Positions 48,392 to 62,439 of a stretch of 64,000 bases of DNA are shown piece after piece. The notes under the pieces are model-generated. The model had not been told where the DNA came from. It saw only the letters and a program-made list of their open reading frames with translations, and did not search any database. The stretch's first letter is position 1. Each line of letters starts with the position of its first letter. The stretch comes from Fimbriosthenelais zetlandica (Eukaryota), in the NCBI GenBank assembly GCA_977030845.1, contig OZ365111.1, positions 9,982,001-10,046,000 of the forward strand, given 5' to 3'. The translations under genes were made by a program, and so were the position numbers.

Positions 48392-50418
48392 ACGCGTTTG
48401 TTTTAATGAAAAAAACATTCGGGAATTGGGAGGACACCAGGAGAGCTGCGGTGTCATGGCGTTTGTGCCAGTATTTGAGGATAAAAAAACGTCCGCTTTG
48501 TCACGTTCAATCGGCGACTTTTTATCCATTATCTTTTGTCTTCCCTCCTCCTTTTCTGAATTTTTTCCAATCTTTTTTTTTGCGATAATGGAAACAAATT
48601 GATTTTAATCCCAAGTTTGACGTGGGTCGGTGCTTGCATGTGATGCATTATTTATTCATTGAGAGGGGCGTTGGAAACACTTTTCCTTCGGTTTACAGAC
48701 GAGAGGTTTGCATGCAGCAGGTGGACTAATTCCTTGCAGCTTCTTGGGATATTTGTTAAATCCAAGGCGATCCAAACAATACAAAAGGATTTCGACAGCT
48801 CGTCAAATATTGCCTTATTTGTAGGGGGATTTCCCCTTAAAACAACGAAATTTCACCCCAGGACCCCCCTGAAGGCATTATTTTAGTACCTTGTTTCCAT
48901 CCATTCATCGCCTATTTGGAAAGCATGTATCGGTCAAAATTGGAATTTTCGAGAGAAAAGAAATCAACCAAAAACTTTTAATTATCATGTGATATCAACA
49001 TAACCATTGCTATAAGAATATTTACTAATAATGGGACTAACCGGCCACAGTAGCAGGTTTGCACTAGACATCTTAGTGAGCACCTTTTACAAAAAACATA
49101 ACCTTCTATTAAAGGAGTCTGCTTATAAAATTCATCTGAAGCATGTGTTTTGGATGAACTAAGCATTTATTGGTTTTCGGTATGGGATACACTCGATTAA
49201 TAGAAATCCAGAGTTTGAACAAACTTGATAAAACATTAAACATTTATGACTAATTGAGCCTTATACCACAGATGAAATCTGCCTGGCCTCTTTTTAAGCT
49301 TTACAAAATGCTTATAGATACTCTTGCCATGAGACAAGACAATTTTATTACATTTAAAAAGCCTTTGAAGCTTAGGATACTCAGTAATTATGGTCAATAA
49401 TTACAGAATGTGGACTTATAACCGGGACATTGGAGGAGACGTCCGGATAGAGAATCCGTGCCTTAACGCGAGTCATTCCATCTGCCTTCACGGAATCCAA
49501 TCCTCCTAACCAACTAGCCAAACTTGAAATAGTTTCTCCTACTAACACACTCCCTCTCCTACATTCCGCATCACTCCGGCCTCAAAGGCGCACCTAGACA
49601 TGGATTAGTGATTTATATATGGGGTCCTTGATCCGTCTCAGTTGGAACATCCCATACATGGTAACTCCAAGGGTTTTCTAGGACATCAGTAACTGCAACT
49701 GTGCGGATTATATATATTATACATATATGTATAACAATATAGCTGTCATTATAACGAAGATGATAGATTCTGTGTAAATCATGCATTATAAAATATATTG
49801 AGGGTTAGGCCTCACAATATAACTGATGGTAGAGGAGTAGCTTACGAACCAATTAATTCATGAAAGTGCTGCAAGAGAGTTAATGAAAATTTCAAATTAG
49901 CAGTAAATTGTAATGAAAGATCATGACATTAGATCTAAAATAATATACTTACCACATACCGGTGGTAATTCATTGTAACAAACCATGTATAAATTATATC
50001 TTATAATATTATATGACTGGTCACTGTAAGCTATGCAATACAATTTTATCATCCACTATAGAAATTACTAATAATCTTTAATCTCTAATGGGAGTACATG
50101 ATATATTTAAACGTCATAATTATACATGCCGGTGACGAGGGGGAAATGTAATTGTAATTTTTTCAAAAGACGTTTTTTCACAGGCCATGGATTTTGCAAT
50201 ACAATGTTTGTCATAATTATTATCTAAAATTGCATGCATTTTGAAAGGAAAACGTGATGTTCTATACGGATTTCTTCTAAGATTGACTAATTGATTTATT
50301 TTGGAATTATTTTTTTTTATCAAAGTTATATTGGACCTTTGATGCTAATACTTACCGTATCTATATTCACTCGGTAGGATATCTTTATGGCATAAATAGA
50401 AATGTTCATCGATATCTT

Positions 50419-50477
50419 AAAATGATTTGAATTGAAATGAAATGATTTGAATTGAAATGAAATGAATTGAATTGAAA
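50419..50477. repeat. (TGAAA/TGAAT)n pentanucleotide repeat
   Basis: Read directly from the sequence. Confidence 0.85.
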
Positions 50478-51799
50478 CTGAAGAATTCCTGTCGAGAGAG
50501 ACGTATGTTGAAACTGGGGCTTCCTGGATGAAGGCTGTAACATTTATTTCTAGGCTCTATCGTTGTAATTAATTATTATTATAATACAGTGTGTTAGAAT
50601 GCTTCCCTGATTGTTGACGGCTTACTGTAGTTTCATGCCATGTAATATTGTATACTAGTCACTGTCATACATGCCCAATACTGCTGCTGGATAGTAAACG
50701 AGGGATCAGAAAGGGACTAGTAAAAATTAGTAGACAAAGGTGGTTCTAATCTTGTGTATACTGGGGATGATTGTATATAATATATCCAATACTAGACATG
50801 TATAAATATTTAGGGGATTAAGGACATCACTATTGTCTTGTGCTCTATCCCTAATTTCTCTGCTGTGTTAGGATCAGAAAGCCATTCCTATTATCCCCAA
50901 AAAATGATATTAAATGATTTGTATTATCATCGAGGATCACCAGAAAGGTGTCTTTTCCATGACAAAATGGTAGCTATAAGTGGAATTAGAGTGATGGATG
51001 ATAAGGATAATATCCTTCATTATAGGAACTCACATTTTTAAGAATGGATGATGTTCTCTTTCGGAATCGGATCAGAATTTCTGATCAACAACTCTAGTGC
51101 CGGTATAGTATCAGCTAATATATTATGAAATGGAAAATGTTTACACAAATAATAATTATTCTTGATCCACGCGATCCACTCACATTCCTTGTACTTTTCA
51201 AAACTTTTTTACCAATCAGTTTTTCGACAAAAAGATGTGATGATTGTTTCATATACATGTTATATACTGGTCTGTACAAAGCTGTATATTTTCATGATAC
51301 ACTGAAAGTATCTGAAAGTTATATGTATGAATAGTATGTCATATTATAATTTTATATCAATTTTGGTGGCATTACAATCGCTTAAAGATTTCGTAACATT
51401 TATTAGAACTATCTGTCATTTTGCATGAGTGATGTGAAATAAATTTCTGCAATTGAAGATGTCTAATATTCAATCTGTCTGAATGTAGAATAGTTTTGTG
51501 GAAGTTATTAGCTGGATTAGAAGTAGGCTAGTCTATGAAACGTGTAATATGTGGTCCGCAACGGGGCAGCACTGACATCGTCTAACTATGTTCAACGAAC
51601 GATTGTAAAGACATTATGGAATGTCCAATTGGTTGTAAGTATAGCCCTTCCAAGCAGTCTGACTGCCTGAGACTTTTAATTGGTAAACCACTTTACACTT
51701 CTAAGAATATGTAAAACCAGCTCCTCGGATTTTTTGTATATTTTTTTGCAGAAACTTCCCTCAAGCCTGCCATGCTTTAATTCATTAAATGTACATCAT

Positions 51800-52160
51800 G
51801 TAGTTACAGATGATGATTAGATAATCCCTTTAAGAAAATTCTCACAAGATTGCAGTCTGGTCTGGCGAATGTGGAAGGGTGCAAAAAAACTGTGAGCGTG
51901 ACGTCAATATTTAGGTTAATCAAAGAGTAGGGAAGAGTGAGACATCTCGTGCAGCGATGGTGTGAATCTTGAAACAAGATGTCAGGAAATGCTATCCTGA
52001 TTAACACTACATGGCTCTTCCACAACTCTTCTCTTTTTCCCTCGCCTTGCTGCCCACCATCGACCCTTGAAGCTAAAATTAGCTCTACTCATCCACAGTA
52101 AAATGCTCGCTGCACGGAAACCAGCTCTCCAACATGGAAGACTAGGGTAATGTGCTTTAC
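51800..52160 (-). mobile_element. Possible 3' end of a CR1/L2-type LINE ORF2
   Basis: RAASILL..WWAARRGKKRR and TVFLHPSTFARPDCNL loosely resemble the RAARF..L.W..L..RR / SFF.RT..DWN.L terminus. Degraded. Confidence 0.3.
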
Positions 52161-52164
52161 ACTA

Positions 52165-52790
52165 GTAAACCAAGCCCAACATGGGACTCCACTGTGAAGG
52201 TTTTAGGCTCCCAAACTCAACTCAACATGGGTCTCCAGTGTGACGCTCAATAAGCTCCCAAACCAAACTCAACATAGGATTTCACGCTGATGTTCTTTGG
52301 CTCCTAACAGGCTCGACATGGGACTACACTGTGAAGGCTGTAATCTCTCAAACCTCCCAAACCAAACTCAACATTGGTCTCCACTGTGACCTTCTTTAAG
52401 CTCCCAAATCAAACTCAACAAAAGTTTCAACTGCGACGTTCTATCAGCTCCAGGACCAACATTGGACTGCAGCCTGACGTTCTTTAAGCTCCTAAACAGG
52501 CTCAACATGGGTCTCCAGTGTGGCGTTCAATAAGCTCCCAAACCCAAGTCAACATGAGTCTCCAATGCGGCGTTCTATTTGCTCCAGGCCCAACATTGGA
52601 CTTCACTCTGACGTTCTTTAAGCTCCTAAACAGCCTCAACATGGGACATTACTGGGACGTTCTTAAGCTCCCAAATCAAAATCAACTTCAGTGTGACGTC
52701 CAATAAGCTCCTAAACCAAACTCAACATTGGACATCGCTGTGATGTTTTTAACCTCTAAACTAGGCCCAAGATGGAACTCCACACAAAAA
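52165..52790. repeat. ~46-bp minisatellite (about 14 copies) with a 134-bp trimeric higher-order repeat
   Basis: CAACA anchor at 52177, 52223, 52270, 52314, 52369, 52416, 52457, 52503, 52550, 52591, 52637 and onwards. The 47+41+46 spacing repeats. Confidence 0.9.
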
Positions 52791-55737
52791 GACGAAAGCA
52801 AAATGTTGGATATAGAATCTTTAATTCTTATTTCTTCGGAATAGTTCGATATTCCATGATAATCAATAATAACCTTTACTGTTTGTTTTAGTACAATGGT
52901 TTCTATTCAGGATTCTGACAACACGAACCAGATTAATACGGACGTTTCTTGTATTAATGCCAAGAAGAATAAAATATTGGTGTGCTGCTCTTTCAAATTT
53001 AAAGAGGATCAGGGATACACTACATTTTGATATGACACTATAAGAACTGTGCTGACATCTAAAATTGGTATTTCCATAACACATAGAATTTCCTAATGAA
53101 TCTTTGAGATGCTGGCCTTTCACTACGAAATTGGACATGCATCTACAAAATGTAAAAGATCAATATTTAAATGAAAGATTCAATCATTATATGTATACTT
53201 TTCCATTTTTTGTAGAAAATTTAGCCTCATCCTGGTAAATTGCTTGTGAATTTCATACCGGGAACAGCTGGGGTGCAGTAGTAGTATTCTATAGCCTTTG
53301 GCTTACAGCAAAATGTCTGTAAAGTAGATGTAGAAGAGGTGCAGCAAAACTCATGATATCATGAATGTGTTATATATACTGTATTTCATTGGTGTCCTAT
53401 GTAGATGGAACTTTGAGCGTAATGAATCCCCATAGACCTTGATACAAACATTGTTATTATTATAATATGCCAAGCCAGATTGAATATAGGTACAATATAA
53501 TATTTAATCATTATTTTTCTGACCGATTGTTTTCACAATTCACGTCAGAGACAAATTCAACAATTTTCATTTCTTGGACAAATCCCTTAATGTGGCCAGG
53601 TGGATGATTATTGTTTTTGACGTTCATAATTCTCATGTGCATTTTCTGTATAATGATAATTTGTTCATGAGTAAACCGGCACGCTTGTGAATTAAAAATA
53701 TGCTTATCCATCCATTCATTGCACGAGCATCTTCTCCAATACTTCCTATAACCACACATATACACACACAATCTGCCATTTTGTATCACCTCTATATATT
53801 AAGATTTACATTTCACACAGTTTTCTGTTCTATTTTTCTTCTCCTTGAGCAGGAATTGGTGGCACGTAGTGTATATAGTCGCACCTGATATGAGCCTCCT
53901 TAGAGTGTTTGTTTTTATCTTGGACAAAAATGACTTTAATACTAAAACACACACATATTTATGTATACGTATATTGATATCTATATATGTAACAAATACC
54001 GGCCTGCAGCAAATGTGCTTCTACATATAATCGATGCCAGTCAGAGAGCTACCATTATTGCTACATCCCAACAGTCAATAACTTTGACCACTCAACTCTC
54101 TCGATCTATTTTTTAAGATTTCATTATCCTGCCACGTGGAATTCTCTCAGATGAAGCCAGTGATTCTATTCCCTTTTTATCCTTCGATTGATCATATTAT
54201 ATGTGGAATGAATGAATTTAAGCTTTCGTTGTTAAATAATATATCAAAGCGGTGTGCTCGAGTGGATAATAATGATTCTCTTGGTTCACATTTACCTTGC
54301 CAAGTGATCGCTTTTATTCATTAATGTATTTTTACACTCGCTTGTGTTAGGCCTTTGATGCTCTTTTTATCAGCCCAGGCTCTATGGTAGAGTGGCCTCT
54401 AATTAATCTAGATTTTCAATGATAGAGTTGAATGTGTGTAGAAGGCGATTGGCTGAGCGTCATTTACAATATTATTCAGCTCTTTGATTGAGTAGGTCTA
54501 TACCAGAGGAGGAGGTGGAGTGGTGAATATATCCAATGGTCTTTTCTTGTTTTAGCAATCGATAGACATCATCAGCGATTCATAGAGTAATATTCACCTA
54601 CTCACTACTGGTTCTTAATAATCTCTTTGTTGCTGCAGAACGTTATTTTTTGTTCCTTCAATAAGAAAATTCCCCGGGGGGAGTTCTAAATGACGTGTCG
54701 CTTACTATTACTTCTCCATCCATGAAAAGGCATAGAGGCCAGAGTACAAGGCAGAAAGGGGCACACAAAGGTTCTTGCTATATTATCTATGGCTTTTCTT
54801 ATCAAACAGTATTCATGTTTAATTACTAAATAATGTTTAATGTAAGTTCCTTTTGTAGCTTGGCTTCTGATGTTTAAATATTTTAACAATTCACCCATTT
54901 TTTGATTTGCTTATAATATCAAAATCCATAAATGGATGACATTCTGTGAATAATGTCCCTGATTATATAAAGAAAAATCACATCGTTAGCCCCTGATTGT
55001 GAAACAATTAACAACTTACAGCACTGGTCATTCATATTTATCCTTTCTAGGATTCTGAAAGGATTTTCAACCATATTTCCTAGAGTGGAAAGAGCAAAAC
55101 AGTAATAGAAACATTGATCCATTATATCTATGAGAACAAGAATGGTTATAAACGTAACACTATAAATATAAATGATACCATTTATTATGATATCAATATG
55201 ATATACTTGATATAATATTATACGCCGAACACAAGTGACACCCACATATTAATAAATTATCATTGTCTCCCAATCACCTACTGAATTTACACAACAATGT
55301 AACCACGTGCCAACTCCACTAATGTCGGCAATTTCACTTAGTGATGACCTTCAAACATAATGAAGATCATTATTCTGGCAACTAAAAACAACCCATTCAT
55401 AACAATACATTTGATGGTCAATGCCCAGAGATTAATGAGAACAATTAGAAAACCGATTATGGTTTATTATTTGGACCCTTTTTCCATTTTTTTCTCACCA
55501 TATAAAATCTATGCTCTCTGACCTTCCAACACCTTATATATATAGGCCTCTGGCATTATGTTTTATGTAGTATAAAGTCTGCCCACCTAAGGTGGCACAT
55601 CTTTAGGCTGCAGCTTTTTTTATTGTGAAGACTATAATTGACATGTATATGTGTTTAATGTAAGGTGAGCAGTTGTGCCGTTGATTGGAAACAACATACA
55701 TATGGTCTGCCTGTCAGTAAGTTGGGAGGACTCGTCC

Positions 55738-58700
55738 TCAGCCATACACTGTGGTAGCTGTGACATTGATTGCCTCAGTTGTAGTAGCTTCCTGGTAATC
55801 CTGGTACAACCGCGGCCGGAACTTAAGGAGGATGACGATGTAGGTCGCTATGAGTGTGACAATCTGCAACAAATGGGCCGTAAGACAGAAATTAGCATTA
55901 TCATGGTATTACCAGTACTTGGCCATCGCTATTACATAACAAGTCACCGGGTCCTATTGAAGGCGTTTATTGACAGCTATGCACTGAGCATATAAGCAAA
56001 TACGTAGGTGGAATCCATTGATGCTAAATAGTTACTTGGGGCAAATGGAAAATCGAAGGTAGGCCTATATATATAATAGTTGCTTATTACAGCAACGAAA
56101 TGATAAAGGCTATACAGTCAATATAATATACACTGACACTCAGTACCCCTGTATATCAGTAGAAGAGCACTATTTGTTCAGTATATAATGCCTGAAACAG
56201 ACTGCCAATGCCTTTGCGTTTTTTTTGTCATGCGACTTCAGGCGGGTGCGTCTAAAAATAAAAAAAAAGTCGCCTGTGCCATAAGCGCAACTAAAAAACG
56301 CTCTGATCTGTTGAATGTATTAGAGTGTATCTTTTGCATAATCATATATAATTATATCATTGACACCTAGCTTGCTCTCTAATTATATATGCTTACCTTG
56401 GTCAAAGTTGGTCGGTTAATTGGGAATAACCTCCAGGCCGTCAGCCCGATGTGATTCGTGGTCAGTTTAGATAGGAACAGTTGAACCTGAGAAAAAATAT
56501 CGAAAAAAAAATTGTAGGCTTATTTTTCATTCAAATTTTATTTGACTGGAATCTTCCACTGATTAGTAACATACCTGTAAACAGGTGGCTGGTTGTTCAT
56601 CAGGTCCTATCCTCAACTCATAAAGCACCTTTTGGGGCTCGGATGCCTGAAAAAAAAGAGAAAATGTATTGGTTATACCATGCAGTTAGGGCTAAACATA
56701 TACAGGATGCTGAGAAATATATATACTGGTACGCCCTTGTGACATCTATGCCCATATTTTTTCTGCTAGTCAAATACCAGGATCTTTCCATTTGCTTCTG
56801 TCTCACTAGCATATGTAAATGGCATCTGTGTCAGCCTCTTCTGGGAACGGGATAGGGCGGAGAGGGATGGAGAGAGGTGCAAAATCTCTCGGAGTGTATA
56901 AAATGCTTTAATCCATAGAAGATGAGGGTGTGGTGGGGAGCCGGCATCTAGCGAGCACTTTTCACTTACATCCTATACCCAGAGGTGCTGATAAACCCCG
57001 TCCTTTCTGCCGGAAGAAAGTGACGTGACTGGATTGCCACTGCCAGAGCGCCATTTCCATATACTACTAACGCCTTCATCATAAGCTCTTATGACATCCC
57101 ATAAAATATACATACACAGTGCTCGTAAACACTGATTTCAATGCCCAGAAGATATATGAGTGGCTTGCAGATAACACTGCATCAAAACTACATCATTCAC
57201 AGAGATGGCAGCTATCTCAGCAAAGACACGAGCCTGATGCTTATACTAAGGAATCTTATATATAAGAATTCATATAATGTGTCTTGAGTTATAATATAAG
57301 AAGTCAAGCGTTGGAGATTGAGTGAAAGTATATGGTTATATATAAATTATATAATATAACCACACGTAAAAATATAGGTGTCCGATGAAACATTTAAAGG
57401 CCATCGTTCGAACAAGCAACTATATACTTGGACTTTACCAACTCATATGTATACTTTCTTTGCCTTGCAAGACAAGCAGTCTTTTTACTAAATGTCTTGC
57501 ATGATTTTATAGGGAAATTTAATGGATTATTGATTAATGCTCAGCATATATGGAGAGCAGAGCAATGCATAATATGGTTAATTCCACCAATAGGCTGCTT
57601 GTATTCTAATAAGTCAATGTTTTTAGAAAGAATAGTTCACATTAAAAAAAATATCTAGAAAATTATTTAAAAAAAAATGTTTTTACTAACACGCATTCAT
57701 ACTAGATTCACAGAGCATGTGTTATCTCTCCCAATTCCCTAAAATTTGACCCAAATCCAAGTACTCAATTCATTGACACTAAAGGGAAATGTCAATCAAC
57801 ATATGTATGTATGCAGACACGGGAGAACCAACAATGAAATCGATAATGAACAAATATCCTCTGACACATTTCCCAAACATTTAAATGTGTGCCCAACATA
57901 GTGAGACCACTATATATGTTATATTGCATTATGACTCATCTATATTATGTATATATATGCGCCTAGTTTTCCTCTGTGTCTGTAAAATCCACTTTGTTAA
58001 TCAAACGCCCGGGGCTTGGAAGATACACAGCCAGTCTATATGGAACAACATCCATTGTGATCTTTTAGCAATATAGGGATGACTATATAAACATACTGTG
58101 AATGTAGGCTGTGCAGGTTGTATTCCCTCCCATATATACACAATAGATGACCTGAACTGTTAGAAGAGACCCATTTGCATGCACTCCTTGTCTTCGCCCT
58201 AACATATACCCACCACATGTCTGTTGTTAGGTGATTAGAGTAGGGTGAAGGCGTGGTTCTATATCAGCCAGGAGCTAAAAGCTTGTCACCCACATAGAAT
58301 TCTGTACAATAATACACACGATATGTAATTTTTATTATTTCTCCTGGTCACTCACCAGGCAAATGGGTCTTGAATACTGAAAATCTCAAATATTTGTACA
58401 TGTGAGATTGAGATTGAGAAACAAAATTAGGAGAGACCAACTAGAATGGTCCAACGGCAACAGGACATTTCTGTATACTACTACCTAGGTTTATATCATT
58501 TTAAGCTTGGTGCCAAATGATTGTCTTGAATACTGAAAATCTCAAATATTTGTACATGTGATATTGAAGTAACAAAATTAGGAGAGACCAGCTAGAATGG
58601 TCCAACGGCAGTAGGACATTTCTATATACTACTACCGGTACCTAGGTTAATATTATTTAAGCTTGGTGCCAAATGATTGTCTTGAATACTGAAAATCTCA

Positions 58701-61700
58701 AATATTTGTACATGTGAGATTGAAGTAACAAAATTAGGAGAGACCAGCTAGAATGGTCCAGCGGCAATAGGACATTTCTATGTACTACTACCGGTACCTA
58801 GGTTAATATTATTTAAGCTTGGTGCTAAATGATGATCACCGATACTTTGCAGTGTACATGAGGTTCTTGACTTAGATTTATGCCTCAATGCCACCATGAG
58901 TGTTATGTACATTGTACTGGATAGCTTGGCACATGTGATCTCCGGTCTCATATTAATCTTGGCAGTAACAGTAGGTTGGTAACCTACTGCAAAGCTGCAC
59001 ATTCTATAGCTACCAGCCTCATGTAGATCCCTGATATACCAGCCCCCAGGGTCCAATCTTATAAGGCTATATACTAGCGCAGCAACAAGGGGCAATTGTG
59101 GCGAAGCTACAGGTATCGCTAAGGTCATTTAATCCCCAGCATTTATTCGAGGCTAAGCTAATGTAATTATGGCCTCCCCCGTAGACAAACCTCGAGACAT
59201 GCCCCGTCAGCAAAATCGATGAAGCTATTTAAAAGGGCGGGAGGAGAAGGAGGAATTATTTGCATTTTCTCAGAGGGAAAGTTGCCGGTAATTTACCCCT
59301 TTTTTTTTTTTAGCTGATCACGAATGTAAATCTGGCTTCTTTGTGGTGGCGGGGAGACTCTTATAGAAGTCTATAGGGAGAGGTAGGCGAGGAGACTGAG
59401 ACACTGTACGAGTGTGCTGATGGATGTTTCTCAGGGACCAGCACTGAATGGTTCACAGGGATAGGAGGACACTAGTTGTGGACTCCAGGGCCTTTGGGTT
59501 GTGGTAGATCCCATATATATAGTGATCTATTGCAAGACATTGAGCAAGAATCCTTGAGGAAAATTATACTAAGGAATCCTTTTGTTCTTGACCTTTTTCT
59601 TGCTATTCACCTGATTGACAAACAAATGCTCCAATTGCTGCTTTTACAGCTATTCCTGCTATACACTCGATTCCTGATTAAATTCCCATGCGAACGGGCA
59701 TTTACTATGAAAAAGCCTATTAGAAATCAATATATCTGATTTATACTCCTAATAAAAACATAAATTTTACCTCTGATCGGATAACTTAAATTGAATGTAA
59801 CAATCGACTATTTCAGTCAATCGCTCCAGTGGTTGATGGATTGATCGGTGGCAATAGGAAAAAGTGGTGCCCTACTTGTTAGGTGATTAACCTTGCCTAA
59901 TATAAATAGAATCATCATTGTAACGAGTTGTCAATCGTAATTGATTGTCAACATGATCTAAATGCAGCACACCATCATTGATTACCATACATTATCCCCA
60001 GTCAACCTGATATTATCATTATAGACCAAATTTCCATTTGCAGTTGAATTTGGGTTCTGCCGCAGGAACTAATTTGAAGGCGAATAAGCACCATATTAAG
60101 CTCGCAATTGCCAATTAATGTCCATTAATGACCAATGTATTAATTCTGTTCAATAATTTGCCACAATTCCTTCCAAGTATTATAACTCTTTTGGAAAACG
60201 TTATCTAAAAATATAGATCTATTCATCTGCATGGTTTCTATCCAACCAGAACATAAATTTTCATTCAATAATCTCACAGTCAAACTGGAAGGTTATTGCT
60301 TATATATAGATTTAGATTTTTTTAATAGGCCTACCAGTCATACTAGAAAACCAGCAAGGGTCAAAAGACAGAAAATTGATGATTTCCTGAAATATGAAGC
60401 AAAACATGCTAACGGTGCATGACCATACATAAGAAAGTACTTGATAAGGTTTCATCGCTGTTGATAACGTATTGATTTCTGTGCTAGAGCTGGCCTGTGT
60501 ATAATCATGTCGAATTTGAGGGTAATGTAAAAGTCGTACAGATATTGCGATTGTAATTGTGATTGATTGAATTATGTATGGCAACGTGTTCGAGGGTGCA
60601 AGAACTGAAGCGAGTTGCGTTGAATCAGTAAATGGCTTTTGGAGAATGCCTTGCAGATAAGACATACAAATATGTGTATAATCCAAGACAGCATCATATT
60701 ATATTGCACTTAGGTTGTACTTGTATAACTGAACTCATAGAAATAAGTGTACTATTATGTAATTGTTTAATGTCCACTAGATTTAATTTTGGAGTGCACT
60801 TGCTCTAGCTAGCAGCTAGAAACTTTCTGCAAGCTGGAGGTTGATGCATCCCACTCGATAACTCGGGTCATATGGGGATTGTTTATACAGGAATGATCGA
60901 TTTTCTTATCGGTGAGGCCCGTGGGTGATTATATCCAGAATATCGCATGTTACAAGTATAGAATTACCGCCAGACAAGGCCATTACTTGAATATGTGTGG
61001 TTAAACCTGAAAACCTCACAGCCTGGGCCATATGTTTCGTCCCAGAATAACCTACACTGACTTTCATTAACAGTTTTGCAACCCATTGCAATTAATATTT
61101 TCAAGAATCAATTGGAATCTAGATTGCACTCAAATAATCACTGAGAGAAAGCCAATGGGGACTCTTCGAAAGAAGTGTAATAAGCATAATAATAGACCTA
61201 CTGTCCAAATTGCATGTTTTCTACCATTATACTGTACATGTTCTGTACTGGAGGTATAGATAGGTACCACAGACGAGCAATGATTGGAGAGACTTCTCCT
61301 CTTGAAAGGTGAACAGTTGCTGACCTTAAAGAGGGAGATTAAAGTTTGGCACTCACCGCGGTGTGGAGGGAGGAGGCTGACATGATGAAAGTGAAGAGGA
61401 TGAAGGAGAAGACAGCAGTGATGCTAATGAGCGAGACCCTGAGCAGCGTGTTGGGAGCGGAGAACTCCCTGAAGAAAATGAGACAGTAAATGAGGAAGAC
61501 CAGGATGGGAATACAGAGTCCCACCACAGCCAGCACATACAGGCTCAGCATCTCGTCCAGGCGCGTCACCAGGTGACACACGTGCTGATGGTGACGTCGG
61601 TGACGTTCCAGTTCCGGCACGGTGCCCCGGTGCGTCTGGTGGTCATTGCGCAACTGCTGTGTAATGATGCTAAACTCCTTCTGAAGCAGGTAACACAAAA

Positions 61701-62439
61701 TGCTTAAAGTCGTCTGCATCATCAGCCATGGAAAGCTGTAGGCAAATGCAGAGAGGTCTGACAGGGCTAATATCCATCGTGGGCACCCGGTCTGACACCA
61801 AGGGGCAATGCTTGCCTTGGACAAAGCCACTACTAAGTCGTTCTCTCCAAATGATTCTTTCACAGCGATAAAGCTGACGAAGAGCATGATGGTAAAGAGG
61901 ACACTAAATATGACTACTTTCTTTGTAAAACTGCTGATCCAGGAGATTGGCAGACCCCCAGCATCCTTCTTGTATTCCGTCCACCTGGCAAGAAACTGGT
62001 GGAATTGTCTAGAGAATGGAAAGAGGAAAACAATCATTCCTAGTGAGGTCTGGGTGCATACACTGTGCCACATAATGTCCACAAACAGGAGTAATCCAAA
62101 AGGTTTGGGGTCAAGGTGCAGGGCGAACAATCTGAAGAAGCCAAACCAGACAAAGAGTAAGAGGCCAAAGGGGTAGATATTCCTCCAGTTGAATGATCGG
62201 CCTGGGGCTGGGGGAAAGCGAAGTATACCTATTGCTCTGAGTGTGATGACGAGGGAGCGACAGGCCCTCTCCATGTCCACGGAATCGGCTGGGGGCTCCT
62301 CAGGGCCACTCACGCTCCCGACCCGCGGGACGTTCGACGGCTCCAGGATGGCATCGACCTCGCTGCTTGACATGCGCGGTCGACAGGGCCGGGACGAAAT
62401 GAGCCGCTCAACGGTGGGAGAATCGTTGCTGGTTTCCAT
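55738..62439 (-). CDS. Gustatory receptor-like (7tm_7 / GRL) protein, about 456 aa
   Basis: Exons (minus): 61357-62439, 56575-56646, 56397-56486, 55738-55863, with three phase-0 GT-AG introns at the C-terminus as is typical of the GR superfamily. Multi-TM hydrophobic pattern. HQHVCHLVTRLDEMLS precedes TM5; VQLFLSKL..IGLTAWRLFPI and TYIVILLKF mark TM7. An in-frame acceptor at 62466 allows an unseen upstream exon. Confidence 0.88.
58368..58832. repeat. Three tandem copies of a 156-bp unit in the long GRL intron
   Basis: TCTTGAATACTG at 58368, 58524 and 58680. Confidence 0.93.

Noticed and set aside
53255-53290. Helitron 3' end
   Set aside because: The hairpin and CTAG terminus are both degenerate, and no matching 5' end was seen.
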